64,000 nucleotides of DNA, from positions 16,676 through 80,675 of IMG/VR virus record IMGVR_UViG_2903468256_000002, one strand, 5' to 3'. The notes under the pieces were generated by a model. It ran no database searches and was not told the DNA's origin. It was given only the letters and a program-made list of their open reading frames with translations. The position numbers and the translations under genes are program-made. Shown here piece by piece: positions 28,279 to 38,173 of the stretch. Numbering within the stretch: position 1 is the stretch's first letter; each line of letters begins with the position of its first letter. This DNA comes from a virus. Taxonomy: Duplodnaviria > Caudoviricetes.

Positions 28279-28661
28279 TGCAGACGTTCGACTTTCCCTT
28301 CCACCTTGTCGAGGATCAATACCCGTCGAGCTCGACCGTGATGCAGTTCGGCGGTGGCTACCAGTTCGCCACCAAGCCGAATGGTCCGGACCAGATCACT
28401 TTCAAGCTGTCCTTCAAGGCCATGTGGTTCTTCGAGCGCAGCCCTGGCGTCGTGGACCGCGATCGTGACCCGCAGATCAACATGCAGTGCATGCAGGACT
28501 TCTACGAGAACCACCGGCTCTACGAGCCCTTCTATTACTCGCACCCACGCCGTGGCCTTCTCAAGGTCCGCTTCTCGAAACCCCTCCAGATCCCCAAGGG
28601 CGTCGAGAAGGGCAACGGCCAAACCGAACAAGTCAACGTCGAATTGATCCTTCAGCCATGA
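28278..28661 (+). CDS. Distal tail protein (lambda gpM-like)
   Basis: QFGGGYQ...GP...F.LSF and FY..H...EPFYY..P motifs. Confidence 0.75.
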   Translation: MQTFDFPFHLVEDQYPSSSTVMQFGGGYQFATKPNGPDQITFKLSFKAMWFFERSPGVVDRDRDPQINMQCMQDFYENHRLYEPFYYSHPRRGLLKVRFSKPLQIPKGVEKGNGQTEQVNVELILQP

Positions 28662-29152
28662 CAGCAAACAAACCCATCGAGCATATGGCCGACTCCCAGA
28701 AGCTGACGGCTGACGGGAAGGTTAACCTCTACGAAATCCAGCTGAAGACCGAGCCAGTCATCCTGCGCCTGAGCGACACCGTGACCCGCACCTGGCAGGG
28801 CCAGGTCTGGGAGATGTTCGGCGTCCAGCTGTCAGGTGAGAAGCGATCGGCTGATGATGAGGAGACCCGGCCATCGCTGCAGCTCATCAACCCCGAAGGC
28901 GTCTTCAGCACGCTCGTCCGTCAGCGTCTGCTCGACCGCGCCACCGTGATCCGCTACCGGCTCCTGCGCGAGCACTATGAAGGCGACGTGCAGATCTTCC
29001 AGCGGCGCATTTGGTACATCTCCCGTATCGCCGACGTCACTGCCGGCCAGTCGATCACCGCCGAGCTGCGCGTGATGACGGAAGGACCCAACAGCCGCAT
29101 CCCGGCCCGTCAATTCATCCCACCGGAATTCCCCATGGTGAGGCTAGCCTGA
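28658..29152 (+). CDS. Minor tail protein (lambda gpL-like)
   Basis: V.LYEI.L...WQGQVWE.FGVQLSG...RP.L; C-terminal IPARQ. Confidence 0.75.
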   Translation: MTANKPIEHMADSQKLTADGKVNLYEIQLKTEPVILRLSDTVTRTWQGQVWEMFGVQLSGEKRSADDEETRPSLQLINPEGVFSTLVRQRLLDRATVIRYRLLREHYEGDVQIFQRRIWYISRIADVTAGQSITAELRVMTEGPNSRIPARQFIPPEFPMVRLA

Positions 29153-29667
29153 TGAACTATCAGCACCTTCTGGGCCGTCCATTCGTCTGGGGATCTCAGG
29201 ACTGCTTTGGTCTCCTGCGCGACTTCTACCACGACATCTTCGGCATCGATCTACCCAACTTAGCCCGTCCGGAAGACTTCTACCAACGAGGTCTAAACCT
29301 GTTCGGAGAGAACTACAGGAGCATGGGCTTCAAGGAAATTCAGGTGCATCCGTCCGAGATCAAATTCGGCGATGTGGCTGTTGCTGCGATAGGCTCCACT
29401 TTTGGAAATCACTGCGGCACATTCGTTGAAAACGGGCGCATTATCCACCACCTCTACGGTGGCCTGTCACAGGTTTCACCGTTCCGGGGAATGATGAGGA
29501 ACAACTGCATCGGCGTCTATCGCCATCAGGATGTTCCCAGTGGTTTCGTCACTGCGACGGAGACACGCGATCTTCGGGACTTCCTTTCGCCGAGCAAGCA
29601 AAAGCTGTTGGATGAACTTCGAGCTGCCCATTCAGGAACTCAAGACGAAGCTGACAGACGGCCCTGA
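29152..29667 (+). CDS. NlpC/P60 tail-associated peptidase (gpK C-half-like)
   Basis: GRPFVWGSQDCFGLLRDFY catalytic Cys; NHCGTF..NG.IIHH. Confidence 0.85.
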   Translation: MNYQHLLGRPFVWGSQDCFGLLRDFYHDIFGIDLPNLARPEDFYQRGLNLFGENYRSMGFKEIQVHPSEIKFGDVAVAAIGSTFGNHCGTFVENGRIIHHLYGGLSQVSPFRGMMRNNCIGVYRHQDVPSGFVTATETRDLRDFLSPSKQKLLDELRAAHSGTQDEADRRP

Positions 29668-29962
29668 GCGCGTCGGCTTCGTCCTGGTGACCGGCGAGGT
29701 CGTCGAGGTTCAAAACATCTGCGTCCATTCGGACAACGGCTTTGAGGTCTCGGGCACAGACCTGGTCCAGTACCACGATCAGGTGTTCGCCTCCTGGCAC
29801 ACCCACCCGGAACAGAACTCCAACCTGTCGACCAACGACTGGTACGGCTTCCGCAATTATCCAGACTGGTTGCACCTCATCATCGGGACGGACGGCGTGA
29901 GCTCGTACCGGGTCGATAAGGGTCGCGTCCTCGCCGATCAGAAATGGGAAAATGAAGGTTAA
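29612..29962 (+). CDS. JAB/MPN-domain tail protein (gpK N-half-like)
   Basis: ERVGFV...WHTHP...LS.ND JAMM motif. Confidence 0.8.
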   Translation: MNFELPIQELKTKLTDGPERVGFVLVTGEVVEVQNICVHSDNGFEVSGTDLVQYHDQVFASWHTHPEQNSNLSTNDWYGFRNYPDWLHLIIGTDGVSSYRVDKGRVLADQKWENEG

Positions 29963-30479
29963 GGTATTCCTCCACGGATACTTCTCAAAGTTCCATGAAG
30001 GCCCGATCGAGGTCGAAGCCAGCACTGTCTCCGAAGCCGTCTCCCTTCTAACCCGTCAGCTCCCGGGCTTCCGTCCCAACGCCGTCCGTGGCCGGCACCG
30101 TATCTCCGTCGTGGGCTGTGACAAGGTGGAAGATCTCTACCGGCCGGCCAAGGATGGTGAGATCCACCTGATCCCCCAATTCGCCGGCGGTAAGAAGGGT
30201 GGCTTCCTCCAGATCCTTCTCGGTGTCGCGCTCGTCGCGGTTGGCTGGTTTGCCGGCGTTGGCTGGCTCCTCCAGGCCGGCGCGCTGGTCTTCCTTGGTG
30301 GTGTCGCCCAGTTGCTGATGCCCACGCCTGATAGCGAGGACAATCAGAAGAAGTCCCGCTACCTCGGCGCCTCACAAAACACGGTCCAGATCGGAACACG
30401 TATCCCCATCCTGTACGGCGAAGACCTCGTCGGCGGGCATTACCTCTCGTTCGACACCGACGCAATCGTAACAGGATAA
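29952..30479 (+). CDS. Tail assembly protein (lambda gpI-like)
   Basis: Ubiquitin-like N-terminus, IHLIPQFAGG, hydrophobic hairpin, NTVQIGTRIPILYGE. Confidence 0.85.
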   Translation: MKVKVFLHGYFSKFHEGPIEVEASTVSEAVSLLTRQLPGFRPNAVRGRHRISVVGCDKVEDLYRPAKDGEIHLIPQFAGGKKGGFLQILLGVALVAVGWFAGVGWLLQAGALVFLGGVAQLLMPTPDSEDNQKKSRYLGASQNTVQIGTRIPILYGEDLVGGHYLSFDTDAIVTG

Positions 30480-30485
30480 CCACGC

Positions 30486-31514
30486 ATGCGACCAAACCAA
30501 GAGAAGATGATCGAAGCGTTCAGCAAGGCAGGCGGGTTCCGTCCAGCCGAGCGAATGCTGCGCAGCATGGGCTTCGACATCTCCGAGCGGACGCTACGGC
30601 GCGCGCTGGCCAACATGCCTTCAGCGACCGACGAGCCCTTCACGGTTGACGACGGCCCCGAGATCGACATCCAGGAACTGCTGGAGCGCCGGATAAAGGT
30701 CTTCGAGAAGAAGAACAAGCAGCGCGAGCACGACAAGCTGATCCCGGTCAGGATCAACATCGACGGCCCGGTCGGTCTCGGCTTCATGGGTGACCCACAC
30801 ATCGACAGCGACGGCTGCAACATCAAGCTGCTGCTCGAACACACCGAGATCTTCGACGGTCGCAACGAGGGCATGTTCGGCGCCTGTCTGGGCGACATGT
30901 GGAACAACTGGTCCGGCCGCCTCGCGCGCCTGTGGTCTGAGCAAACCACCGATGGCTCCGAAGCCCGCGCGCTGGTCGAATATTTCCTGAGCCGCGTTAA
31001 CTGGATGTTCGTGATCTATGGCAACCACGACCTGTGGTCTGGTCACTCGAAGATCCTCGACCAGATGCTGGCCGGCAACGCGGGCGCTGCCCGTGACTGG
31101 CGCGCACGCGTTGGCCTCCGGTTCCCCAATGGCCGCACGGCGAAGATATACGGCGCGCACGGCTTCCCCGGCAATTCGATGTACCTGAAGAACTTCGGCG
31201 CCGTGAAAAAGGCTCTCTTCGACGGCCAGCACGACATCTACGTCTCAGGCCACATCCATTCGGCCGGCTACACGCTTGGCGCGCACCCGGGCGCCGAACG
31301 CGCCTTCCACGCGGTCCAGGTCGGCACCTACAAGGAGATCGACAGCTTCGGCGATGCGATCGGTGCGGAGAACCTCAATCTCTACACCTGTCCGGTCGCG
31401 CTGATCGACCCGTATGCCACGTCGCCCCTCAATTTCATCCGCTGGGAGTTCGATCCCGAGCAGGCAGTCGATCGTCTCGCGTGGATGCGGAAGCGTTGGT
31501 CTGAGGCTCGGTAA
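30486..31514 (+). CDS. Calcineurin-like metallophosphoesterase with N-terminal HTH-like segment
   Basis: GDPH, GD.WNN, GNHD, H, GHIH metal motifs; N-terminal SERTLRRAL. Confidence 0.8.
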   Translation: MRPNQEKMIEAFSKAGGFRPAERMLRSMGFDISERTLRRALANMPSATDEPFTVDDGPEIDIQELLERRIKVFEKKNKQREHDKLIPVRINIDGPVGLGFMGDPHIDSDGCNIKLLLEHTEIFDGRNEGMFGACLGDMWNNWSGRLARLWSEQTTDGSEARALVEYFLSRVNWMFVIYGNHDLWSGHSKILDQMLAGNAGAARDWRARVGLRFPNGRTAKIYGAHGFPGNSMYLKNFGAVKKALFDGQHDIYVSGHIHSAGYTLGAHPGAERAFHAVQVGTYKEIDSFGDAIGAENLNLYTCPVALIDPYATSPLNFIRWEFDPEQAVDRLAWMRKRWSEAR

Positions 31515-34500
31515 TGCAGAAGTTCGCCGGTAGTGGTTTCGGTAGCAGCGGGGGCAGCAATGACCCCGACAGCTATTTCAGCGATGATATCGTTGAATTG
31601 GTGCTGGCCATCTCTGAGGGTCAGATCAAGGGGCTGAAGGACGGCACGGCCAAGAACTTCTACATCGGCGAAACTCCTCTTCTCAACGCCAACGGGGTGT
31701 CGAACTTTTCGGATTTCGAGCTCGACGTAAACGTGGGTTCGCCCCAGGGTGAGCTCATCGTCTTGTCCCTGGGTGGTCAGGCCACCAGCACGACCGTCAG
31801 CAGCTCCCTGGCCCAATTCGTACCGGTCGTGCGTCAGGGCTCCCAAGTCGACATCGACTGGCTCGAGTTGCGTCTGGTCATCAATCAGCTCCTCCGCACG
31901 AATGATGATGGCGTTCGGGCGCGCGAACTTGATCTGCAGATCGAGATCAAGCCCTCCGACAGCAACACCTGGATCAGCCCTGTCCTTTATGCCGAGGTTG
32001 GAACGACGGTCGAGGCGTACGAGAACAGCCTCAAAGTTGTCCATCGCAACGACATCCAATCAGCCGCGATCGCCGGTCGGACGCAGGTCGTGTATAACCA
32101 GGAGGCCGAACCGAACCCGACCTCCGTCGAGCGCGGCCTCGGCGCGGCTTACGGCAATCGCGTGTGGTGGATCGACACCGCCGGCGGTCAGTTCAATCCG
32201 AAGTTCTACTCGGACCAGGAGTTCTTCCTTCCTGACGGTCTTGTGCTGGACACCACGCCAGGCAAGCAGGTAGCCACGTTTGAGGACGCGAACTACATCG
32301 CGCTGGTCGACCCCTACCGGTCGGATATCACGCGCAAGATCTATTTCTGGGCGTCCGGCACGCCTGGCACCGCCCGTTTGGGCGATCTCTGGTACACTCC
32401 GGCCTCCGGTCGCCTCCTGTGGTTCAACGGCGCCGCCTGGGTCGCTACGCTGGCCCCGCAAGGGACGTACGACCCCACCGCTGGCAACAACGTCATCTCC
32501 ACGAACGGCCAGCTCCACATCTTTGAGAAGATCACCTCCAACGCTGTGAAGGAAGTGCGGATCAAGGTCGATCGGATCGGCGTTCCCTACGACATACGGA
32601 TTACCAAGCAGACGACGGACAGCAGCGACCTCGAAGACGATCGCACCGACGTCTCCTGGGAGAGTTTCCAGGAGGTGAAGGCCGAGCCGATGCTGTTCCC
32701 CAATCTGGCGACCGTTCGCCTGAAGGGCCGTGCCAGCGATCAGTTCTCCAGCCTGCCGGAATTCCAGGGTGTCTACGAGGGCCGTCTGATCAAGGTCCCC
32801 TCGAACTACGACCCCGTGACCCGCACCTTCGCCGGCCTTTGGGACGGCACCTGGAAGGTCGCCTACAGCAACAACCCGGCCTTCATCGGTTACGACCTGG
32901 TCGAGAACGACCGGTACGGCATGAGCGCTACCTATCCTGTCACGCTGGAGCCGTTCGACGTCTACGAGGCGGGGGTGTGGTGCGACCGCCGGCTCCCCAC
33001 TGGCAAACCCCAGTTCACCTTCAACAGCCTCATCAAGGAGGCCCAGTCGCCGCGGGAGCTGGCGACCTACGTCTTCGGCGTGTTCGGCGGCCGGTTCTTC
33101 GACGACGGCAATGGCTATGGGCGCCTGCGCATCGACAATGACGCTCCTGCTGTCCACCTGTTCACCAAGGAGAACGTCAAGAGCGGCACCTTCAAATACT
33201 CCTATACGGAGATTGAGAGCCGCATCAACGACTACACGGTCTCCTTCAAGAACCCCGCGCTGTTTTATGCAGAAGACCGGCGCAGGGTTTACGACCAGCC
33301 GGCGATTGACACCTATGGCCGCGCGCCGGATGACTTTGTCGCCGTGGGTTGCAACAGCGCTGACGAGGCGGTCTATCGAGCCACCGTCAAGCTGCTGACC
33401 GACCAGACCGAGGTGGAAACAGTCACCTTCGAAACCGCCCGCGAAGGTCTCTATCTCGAGCCCTACGAAATCATCCTGGTCGCCGACGACACGATGGACG
33501 AGATCATCACCGGCCGTATCGCCGGTACCGATGGTCCCCGCCTCATCTATCTGCGCGACAACGTCTACCTGGAAGACGGTTTCGACTATGAGATCGTCAT
33601 CAACCTGAACCAATTCGAGCTCGCCACGCTCTCGATCGACGTGATGTCCGTTGGCAGGGCCACGAAGATCCTCCAACTGGCCGAGGATCTTCCGCAGGGC
33701 ATCCCGGATCAGGCCGTCTTCTCGATTGGCTCGAACGCCAAACCGTATCGCGTGCTCGCCATTGGAGAGGGCAGCGATGGTGAGGACGGCGAGAACGTCA
33801 CCATCAGTGCGCTTGAGGTGAACCGGACGAAATATGCCGACGCCGCCGATGCCCCTGGAACGGTCGTCATCGACGTTCCGCAATTCCCTACTGACCTCTC
33901 CGCGGTCTCCAACGCGCGCATCACTCCTTGGACCGAGGTCCGCAATGGTCGCCCGGTCCAGAACCTGCGTGTTGAGTGGGACCCCCATCCGAACAAATGG
34001 GTGCGGACATATTCGATCAACTCCCGCTTCAATGACGACCAGTGGCAGTTCAACGGCGAGGTGAAGAACCCACGTTTCGAACTCTTCGACGTCAAGCAGG
34101 GGCGCTACATCTTCTCGATCCAGGCACTCGCCATGACAGGGCAGAAGTCTGTGGTCGCCTACGCAGACATCGACCTGAGCGGCGAGGTCCGCACGGTCGC
34201 CCCAGTCAAGAACCTGACCCTGGTCAACGAGACGGGCGTCGATGGGGCCCTGCATCTCTTCGACGACGTGCATGCCGATCTGCAATGGGAGCCGGGAGAG
34301 AGTGATCCTGCACTCGCCACCTATGGCGTGAAGCTGTTCAGCGACAGCGAGGAGCTTTTGCGATCAGCATCCGTTGGCGTGCCGGAGTTCACCTACACCA
34401 CCGCGATGATGCGGAACGACGGTGGCCACCGTCAGGTGCGGGTGGAGATCACAGCCTACGATTTGTTTGGCAACCACTCGGTGCCCGTCTCGATGCTGAT

Positions 34501-36451
34501 CAAGAACCCAGCCCCGGCGGCGCCCCTGGTCGCGGCCGACCGCGGCTTCGGTTCGGTTTCCTTCTCGTGGCCGATCTCTGGTCTCATTGACTATGTCGGC
34601 GCTCTGGTTTGGATCTCCGACCAGCCTGGGATAGTCCCTACCGCGCTCCCGCCCGACATGGATATCAACAGCAACACAGTGTCGGTGGCCGTAGAGAGCC
34701 AGGGCGTCTGCTACGCGGTGATCGCGCTCTACGACACGATGGGCAAGACCGAGCTGAATTACAGCCAGGAGGTCTTCGCCCAGTCCTACCAGACCGTGGA
34801 TACGGAGCCGCCGGAAACCCCGACAGGGCTTGGACTGTCCTCGCGGATCGAGACGGTCGATGGCGTTGTGCAACGGATGATCCTGACGGCAGGCCTGGGC
34901 GCGGCGGTCGATGATGACTTTGCCTATTTCGATTTCGAGCTCAAGCAGAACAACGGCAACTGGGTCAGCTTCACCTCCAGCACGCCGACGTTCGAATGGA
35001 CCGTGCTCCCCCTGCAAACCTACACGGTTCGTGCCTCGTCGGTCGACCAGTTCGGCAACCGCTCTGGTCATACTGCCGACCAGGCTTTGCTGACGCCTGA
35101 GTGCCCTGAGCTCGCCGACCTGATTAATTCCGGCTTGGGCGAGATCGAGGCGAACAAGATCCGGGTCTTCGGCGACACTATGGTGTCTGACTGGCGCAAC
35201 CCTGGCGATCTGACCACGATCAACGGCGGGGCGGTGGGCACCGGCACGCTCACGGCCGACAAGGGCATCTTCGGCCAGCGCGGACTCCAGGTCGAGGACA
35301 TCATCTTCGATTACAACAGCCCGAGCATCAACAAGGTCTCTTGGACTGCCGGCGTCGTGCGCTACACGGGCGACGACGGGAACACGGCCACGCGCAACAT
35401 CGCAGCCGGCAGTGCCACCTGGACGACCGGCACGCTCTTCATCTGCTACACGAAGGACGCCACGGAGCTCACCGCCACCACCAACCCGCTGGCGGCCTTC
35501 GATCACGACGCAATCGTCGTGGCGACCTACAAGGGCGACAAGGCCCTGGACGGAAGCTATGGGCGCACGATCATCGACGGCGGGCAGCTGAAGACCGGGA
35601 CGGTCATTGCCGACCAGGCACGGCTCAACTCGATCGACAGCGATGCCATCCAGTCGGACGCTGTGAAAGCTCGGCACATCGCCGCGGGCGAGATCACGGC
35701 CGATCACATCCAGGTCGGCACCGGCGGCAACTGGCTCGACAACGCCGATCTTAGCGCCGGTGTGACCAACTGGGTCCTGACTCGCACCGACACAGGCGTA
35801 ACGGGTGCCATTCGCACCGATAGCCTTGCGCCAATCGGTGGCGCTCTGCAGATATACACCGGCGCCGCCGCCGGCGCGGCCGACTATGGATATTACATGG
35901 CGACCGGTGCATCCGGGGCGCTTAGATACTTTCCGGTCATCGCTGGCCAGAAGTATCAGTTCTCGGTCTACACCTACTCTCTCCGAACCCAGAACTTCGG
36001 GATGATCCGCTTCTTAAATGCGGCTGGTGCTGCCCTCTTGGACAGTCCTCTGCCCAAGTTTGGTCCTGATGTTCTGGATCCCGGCTTCAACCTTGGCAAC
36101 TATCATCGTCCGTTTGTCATCGCCACCGCTCCTGCCGGCGCGGTCAAGGCGGTGATAATTATGGGATCGGATCCCAGAAGCTCCGGCACCGACTGCTATT
36201 GCTGGTTCGCGCGCCCGTTCTTTGGCGAGGCCCTTCCCCACCAGACCCAACCGTCGCCATGGAGCGTCGGCGGTGCGACCAAGATCGGCCCCGGCACGAT
36301 CGAGACGGTCTCGCTGGCGGCAATCTCCGCGGTTCTTGGATCTGTCGACATCAGTGACGCCAATATTGGCACACTGCAGGTGGGTAGCGCCAACATCGCC
36401 AATCTCGCCGTCACCTCGACGAAGACGCAGTCCCTCGAGGTGACCAGATGA
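31514..36451 (+). CDS. Central tail / host-specificity protein (lambda gpJ-like)
   Basis: LAISEGQIKGL, YPNLA-like FPNLA, G..IKVPSNYDPVTRT..G.WDGTWK.AYSNNPA, FN3-like repeats, C-terminal I.A..I beta-helix repeats. Confidence 0.9.
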   Translation: MQKFAGSGFGSSGGSNDPDSYFSDDIVELVLAISEGQIKGLKDGTAKNFYIGETPLLNANGVSNFSDFELDVNVGSPQGELIVLSLGGQATSTTVSSSLAQFVPVVRQGSQVDIDWLELRLVINQLLRTNDDGVRARELDLQIEIKPSDSNTWISPVLYAEVGTTVEAYENSLKVVHRNDIQSAAIAGRTQVVYNQEAEPNPTSVERGLGAAYGNRVWWIDTAGGQFNPKFYSDQEFFLPDGLVLDTTPGKQVATFEDANYIALVDPYRSDITRKIYFWASGTPGTARLGDLWYTPASGRLLWFNGAAWVATLAPQGTYDPTAGNNVISTNGQLHIFEKITSNAVKEVRIKVDRIGVPYDIRITKQTTDSSDLEDDRTDVSWESFQEVKAEPMLFPNLATVRLKGRASDQFSSLPEFQGVYEGRLIKVPSNYDPVTRTFAGLWDGTWKVAYSNNPAFIGYDLVENDRYGMSATYPVTLEPFDVYEAGVWCDRRLPTGKPQFTFNSLIKEAQSPRELATYVFGVFGGRFFDDGNGYGRLRIDNDAPAVHLFTKENVKSGTFKYSYTEIESRINDYTVSFKNPALFYAEDRRRVYDQPAIDTYGRAPDDFVAVGCNSADEAVYRATVKLLTDQTEVETVTFETAREGLYLEPYEIILVADDTMDEIITGRIAGTDGPRLIYLRDNVYLEDGFDYEIVINLNQFELATLSIDVMSVGRATKILQLAEDLPQGIPDQAVFSIGSNAKPYRVLAIGEGSDGEDGENVTISALEVNRTKYADAADAPGTVVIDVPQFPTDLSAVSNARITPWTEVRNGRPVQNLRVEWDPHPNKWVRTYSINSRFNDDQWQFNGEVKNPRFELFDVKQGRYIFSIQALAMTGQKSVVAYADIDLSGEVRTVAPVKNLTLVNETGVDGALHLFDDVHADLQWEPGESDPALATYGVKLFSDSEELLRSASVGVPEFTYTTAMMRNDGGHRQVRVEITAYDLFGNHSVPVSMLIKNPAPAAPLVAADRGFGSVSFSWPISGLIDYVGALVWISDQPGIVPTALPPDMDINSNTVSVAVESQGVCYAVIALYDTMGKTELNYSQEVFAQSYQTVDTEPPETPTGLGLSSRIETVDGVVQRMILTAGLGAAVDDDFAYFDFELKQNNGNWVSFTSSTPTFEWTVLPLQTYTVRASSVDQFGNRSGHTADQALLTPECPELADLINSGLGEIEANKIRVFGDTMVSDWRNPGDLTTINGGAVGTGTLTADKGIFGQRGLQVEDIIFDYNSPSINKVSWTAGVVRYTGDDGNTATRNIAAGSATWTTGTLFICYTKDATELTATTNPLAAFDHDAIVVATYKGDKALDGSYGRTIIDGGQLKTGTVIADQARLNSIDSDAIQSDAVKARHIAAGEITADHIQVGTGGNWLDNADLSAGVTNWVLTRTDTGVTGAIRTDSLAPIGGALQIYTGAAAGAADYGYYMATGASGALRYFPVIAGQKYQFSVYTYSLRTQNFGMIRFLNAAGAALLDSPLPKFGPDVLDPGFNLGNYHRPFVIATAPAGAVKAVIIMGSDPRSSGTDCYCWFARPFFGEALPHQTQPSPWSVGGATKIGPGTIETVSLAAISAVLGSVDISDANIGTLQVGSANIANLAVTSTKTQSLEVTR

Positions 36452-37395
36452 CGGCGATCAACGTCTTGGTCGGCTACAGCGAGACGCACCTGTTCGCCGA
36501 CACCGGCCATTATAACCAAGCGACGAAGAAGCTCGACCACCTGGCGCCGAAGGTTTTTCCGCTCCCGAACCATCAAGCCTTGCTGGCATGGTCCGGGCCG
36601 TCCGCGTTCGGGCCTGTGCTGGCGGAACTGTGCCGGGGCTCGCCCGAACCACTCATGATTGCCTTGCCGCGGATGATCGCCGGCCTCGGCATCCTGGCCA
36701 AATTCTCCGCCATCGTGGTCGGCGCCGGCTGGGGCATCGCGGTCGAGGAAGGCGGCAAGGTCCATCACCTTGCTCCTGGTTCCGTGGTCCGATCGATCAC
36801 GGCCGAAAACCAACTCGATCCCAGTGACCTGCGGGGATCTGGCGTCCGCCTCATGGAGGAGCAGCGCCAATCATCGGGCGTGGTGTTCGGCGAGTGTCAA
36901 TACTGGCACCTCACGTCCCAGCAATGCACGATGCAAGTCCTGCATGACTGGCGCGATCGGCCATCGCTAATCAGGGGAGCTTTGTCGACCGCGGCCAAAA
37001 TTGCCAATCTTACGGTAGACAAGCTCAATGTCGCACCCAATGCCGTCACCAAGATTGCCACAGGCACGACAACGATCACCTCGGGCGGTGACGGCAGTTA
37101 CCCCAACATCATCTGGATCATAATCAACTGCGTGTATCACGGCACGCGGGTCGACTCCTCCGGAGTGCTCAATGTTTTCACCAAACGTTCGCCCAGCAAT
37201 GAAGTAGTTGGCGGTAGCTCAAAGGGCTTTAGTGGTAATGGAGATCAGCCGGCGATCGTCAAAGTAAATGCGGTCGATGTAGGTATGGCGGCAAACCAGC
37301 AGTATTCGATTTCTACAAACTTTAACTTTTCCGGATCGAATGCCACTTGCACGATCAACTCGATCACCACCGAACTGTTTTACACGGTGAAGTGA
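36448..37395 (+). CDS. Chimeric tip protein: Ntn-hydrolase-like N-domain plus AKIANL fibre-tip domain
   Basis: MTAI...ADT...KV...A.SG N-terminus; from residue ~183 AKIANLTVDKLNVAPNAVT followed by a beta-rich domain. Confidence 0.6.
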   Translation: MTAINVLVGYSETHLFADTGHYNQATKKLDHLAPKVFPLPNHQALLAWSGPSAFGPVLAELCRGSPEPLMIALPRMIAGLGILAKFSAIVVGAGWGIAVEEGGKVHHLAPGSVVRSITAENQLDPSDLRGSGVRLMEEQRQSSGVVFGECQYWHLTSQQCTMQVLHDWRDRPSLIRGALSTAAKIANLTVDKLNVAPNAVTKIATGTTTITSGGDGSYPNIIWIIINCVYHGTRVDSSGVLNVFTKRSPSNEVVGGSSKGFSGNGDQPAIVKVNAVDVGMAANQQYSISTNFNFSGSNATCTINSITTELFYTVK

Positions 37396-37396
37396 G

Positions 37397-37831
37397 ATGG
37401 CGAAGATCGCAAACCTCGATGTCGATACCATCAAGATCGGCAATGCCGCGCTGACTGGTGCTGGCCAGTCGAGTTTTTCCTATTTCCCGTCGACCGTGAA
37501 TGCATCTATTCCGATATCGAACCCGAGTGGCAACCCGATAACCCTCTATTGGAACGCCAATGGGACATGCGCCAGTGGTGCGTCTTCCAGCCGAGACCGC
37601 ACGGCATCGGTGACTTTTTCCGTCATGCGTGGCGCTACGACGTTCTATAGCAATAGCGTAGTAAGAACGGCCATCGGGGATACTGGTGTGCAGCTGGCAT
37701 GGAGTGGCGCGGTCTACGATCCCACCCCCGGAACATCTCCTGTCTACTCCACAACAGGTGCGGCCGGTTCGACCTCTCCGGGTGTCGCGACTCTGACCGG
37801 AATGCTCATGGCCGTGTATTTCAAGAAGTAG
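37397..37831 (+). CDS. Tail-tip cassette protein B
   Basis: Starts MAKIANLDVDTIKIGNAALT; Ser/Thr/Gly-rich beta domain. Confidence 0.7.
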   Translation: MAKIANLDVDTIKIGNAALTGAGQSSFSYFPSTVNASIPISNPSGNPITLYWNANGTCASGASSSRDRTASVTFSVMRGATTFYSNSVVRTAIGDTGVQLAWSGAVYDPTPGTSPVYSTTGAAGSTSPGVATLTGMLMAVYFKK

Positions 37832-37837
37832 GGGACC

Positions 37838-38173
37838 ATGGCCAAGATCGCCGATCTGAACGTCACCACAATCACCATCAAGGATGGTTCGATCACGCAG
37901 TTCTGCGCGCCCTATAGCGGCGCCCTGGGCACTAACCGCTATATCAACGTGGTCTTCGACGCCTATTCCACGCCAGCGCTGATCTTCGCCAGGACGACGG
38001 CAGGAACAGCAAATCTCTACTACGATCTTGGTGGACCCAACCAGGAGCTGATTTTCTCATTCGTCGACAACAAATGCGGCGTGGTGGGAGACTCCCGTCC
38101 AGCCGGGACGGCGGTCTACGCGCTATCTGGCGGTACGGGGACGATCACTGGTGCGCTCATGAGGTATCGATGA
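37838..38173 (+). CDS. Tail-tip cassette protein C
   Basis: Starts MAKIADLNVTTITIKDGSIT. Confidence 0.7.
   Translation: MAKIADLNVTTITIKDGSITQFCAPYSGALGTNRYINVVFDAYSTPALIFARTTAGTANLYYDLGGPNQELIFSFVDNKCGVVGDSRPAGTAVYALSGGTGTITGALMRYR

Noticed and set aside
36389-38173. Diversity-generating retroelement or invertase shufflon as the mechanism for the tip cassettes
   Set aside because: No reverse transcriptase, no TR/VR pair differing at adenines, no serine/tyrosine recombinase, and the repeats are direct, not inverted.
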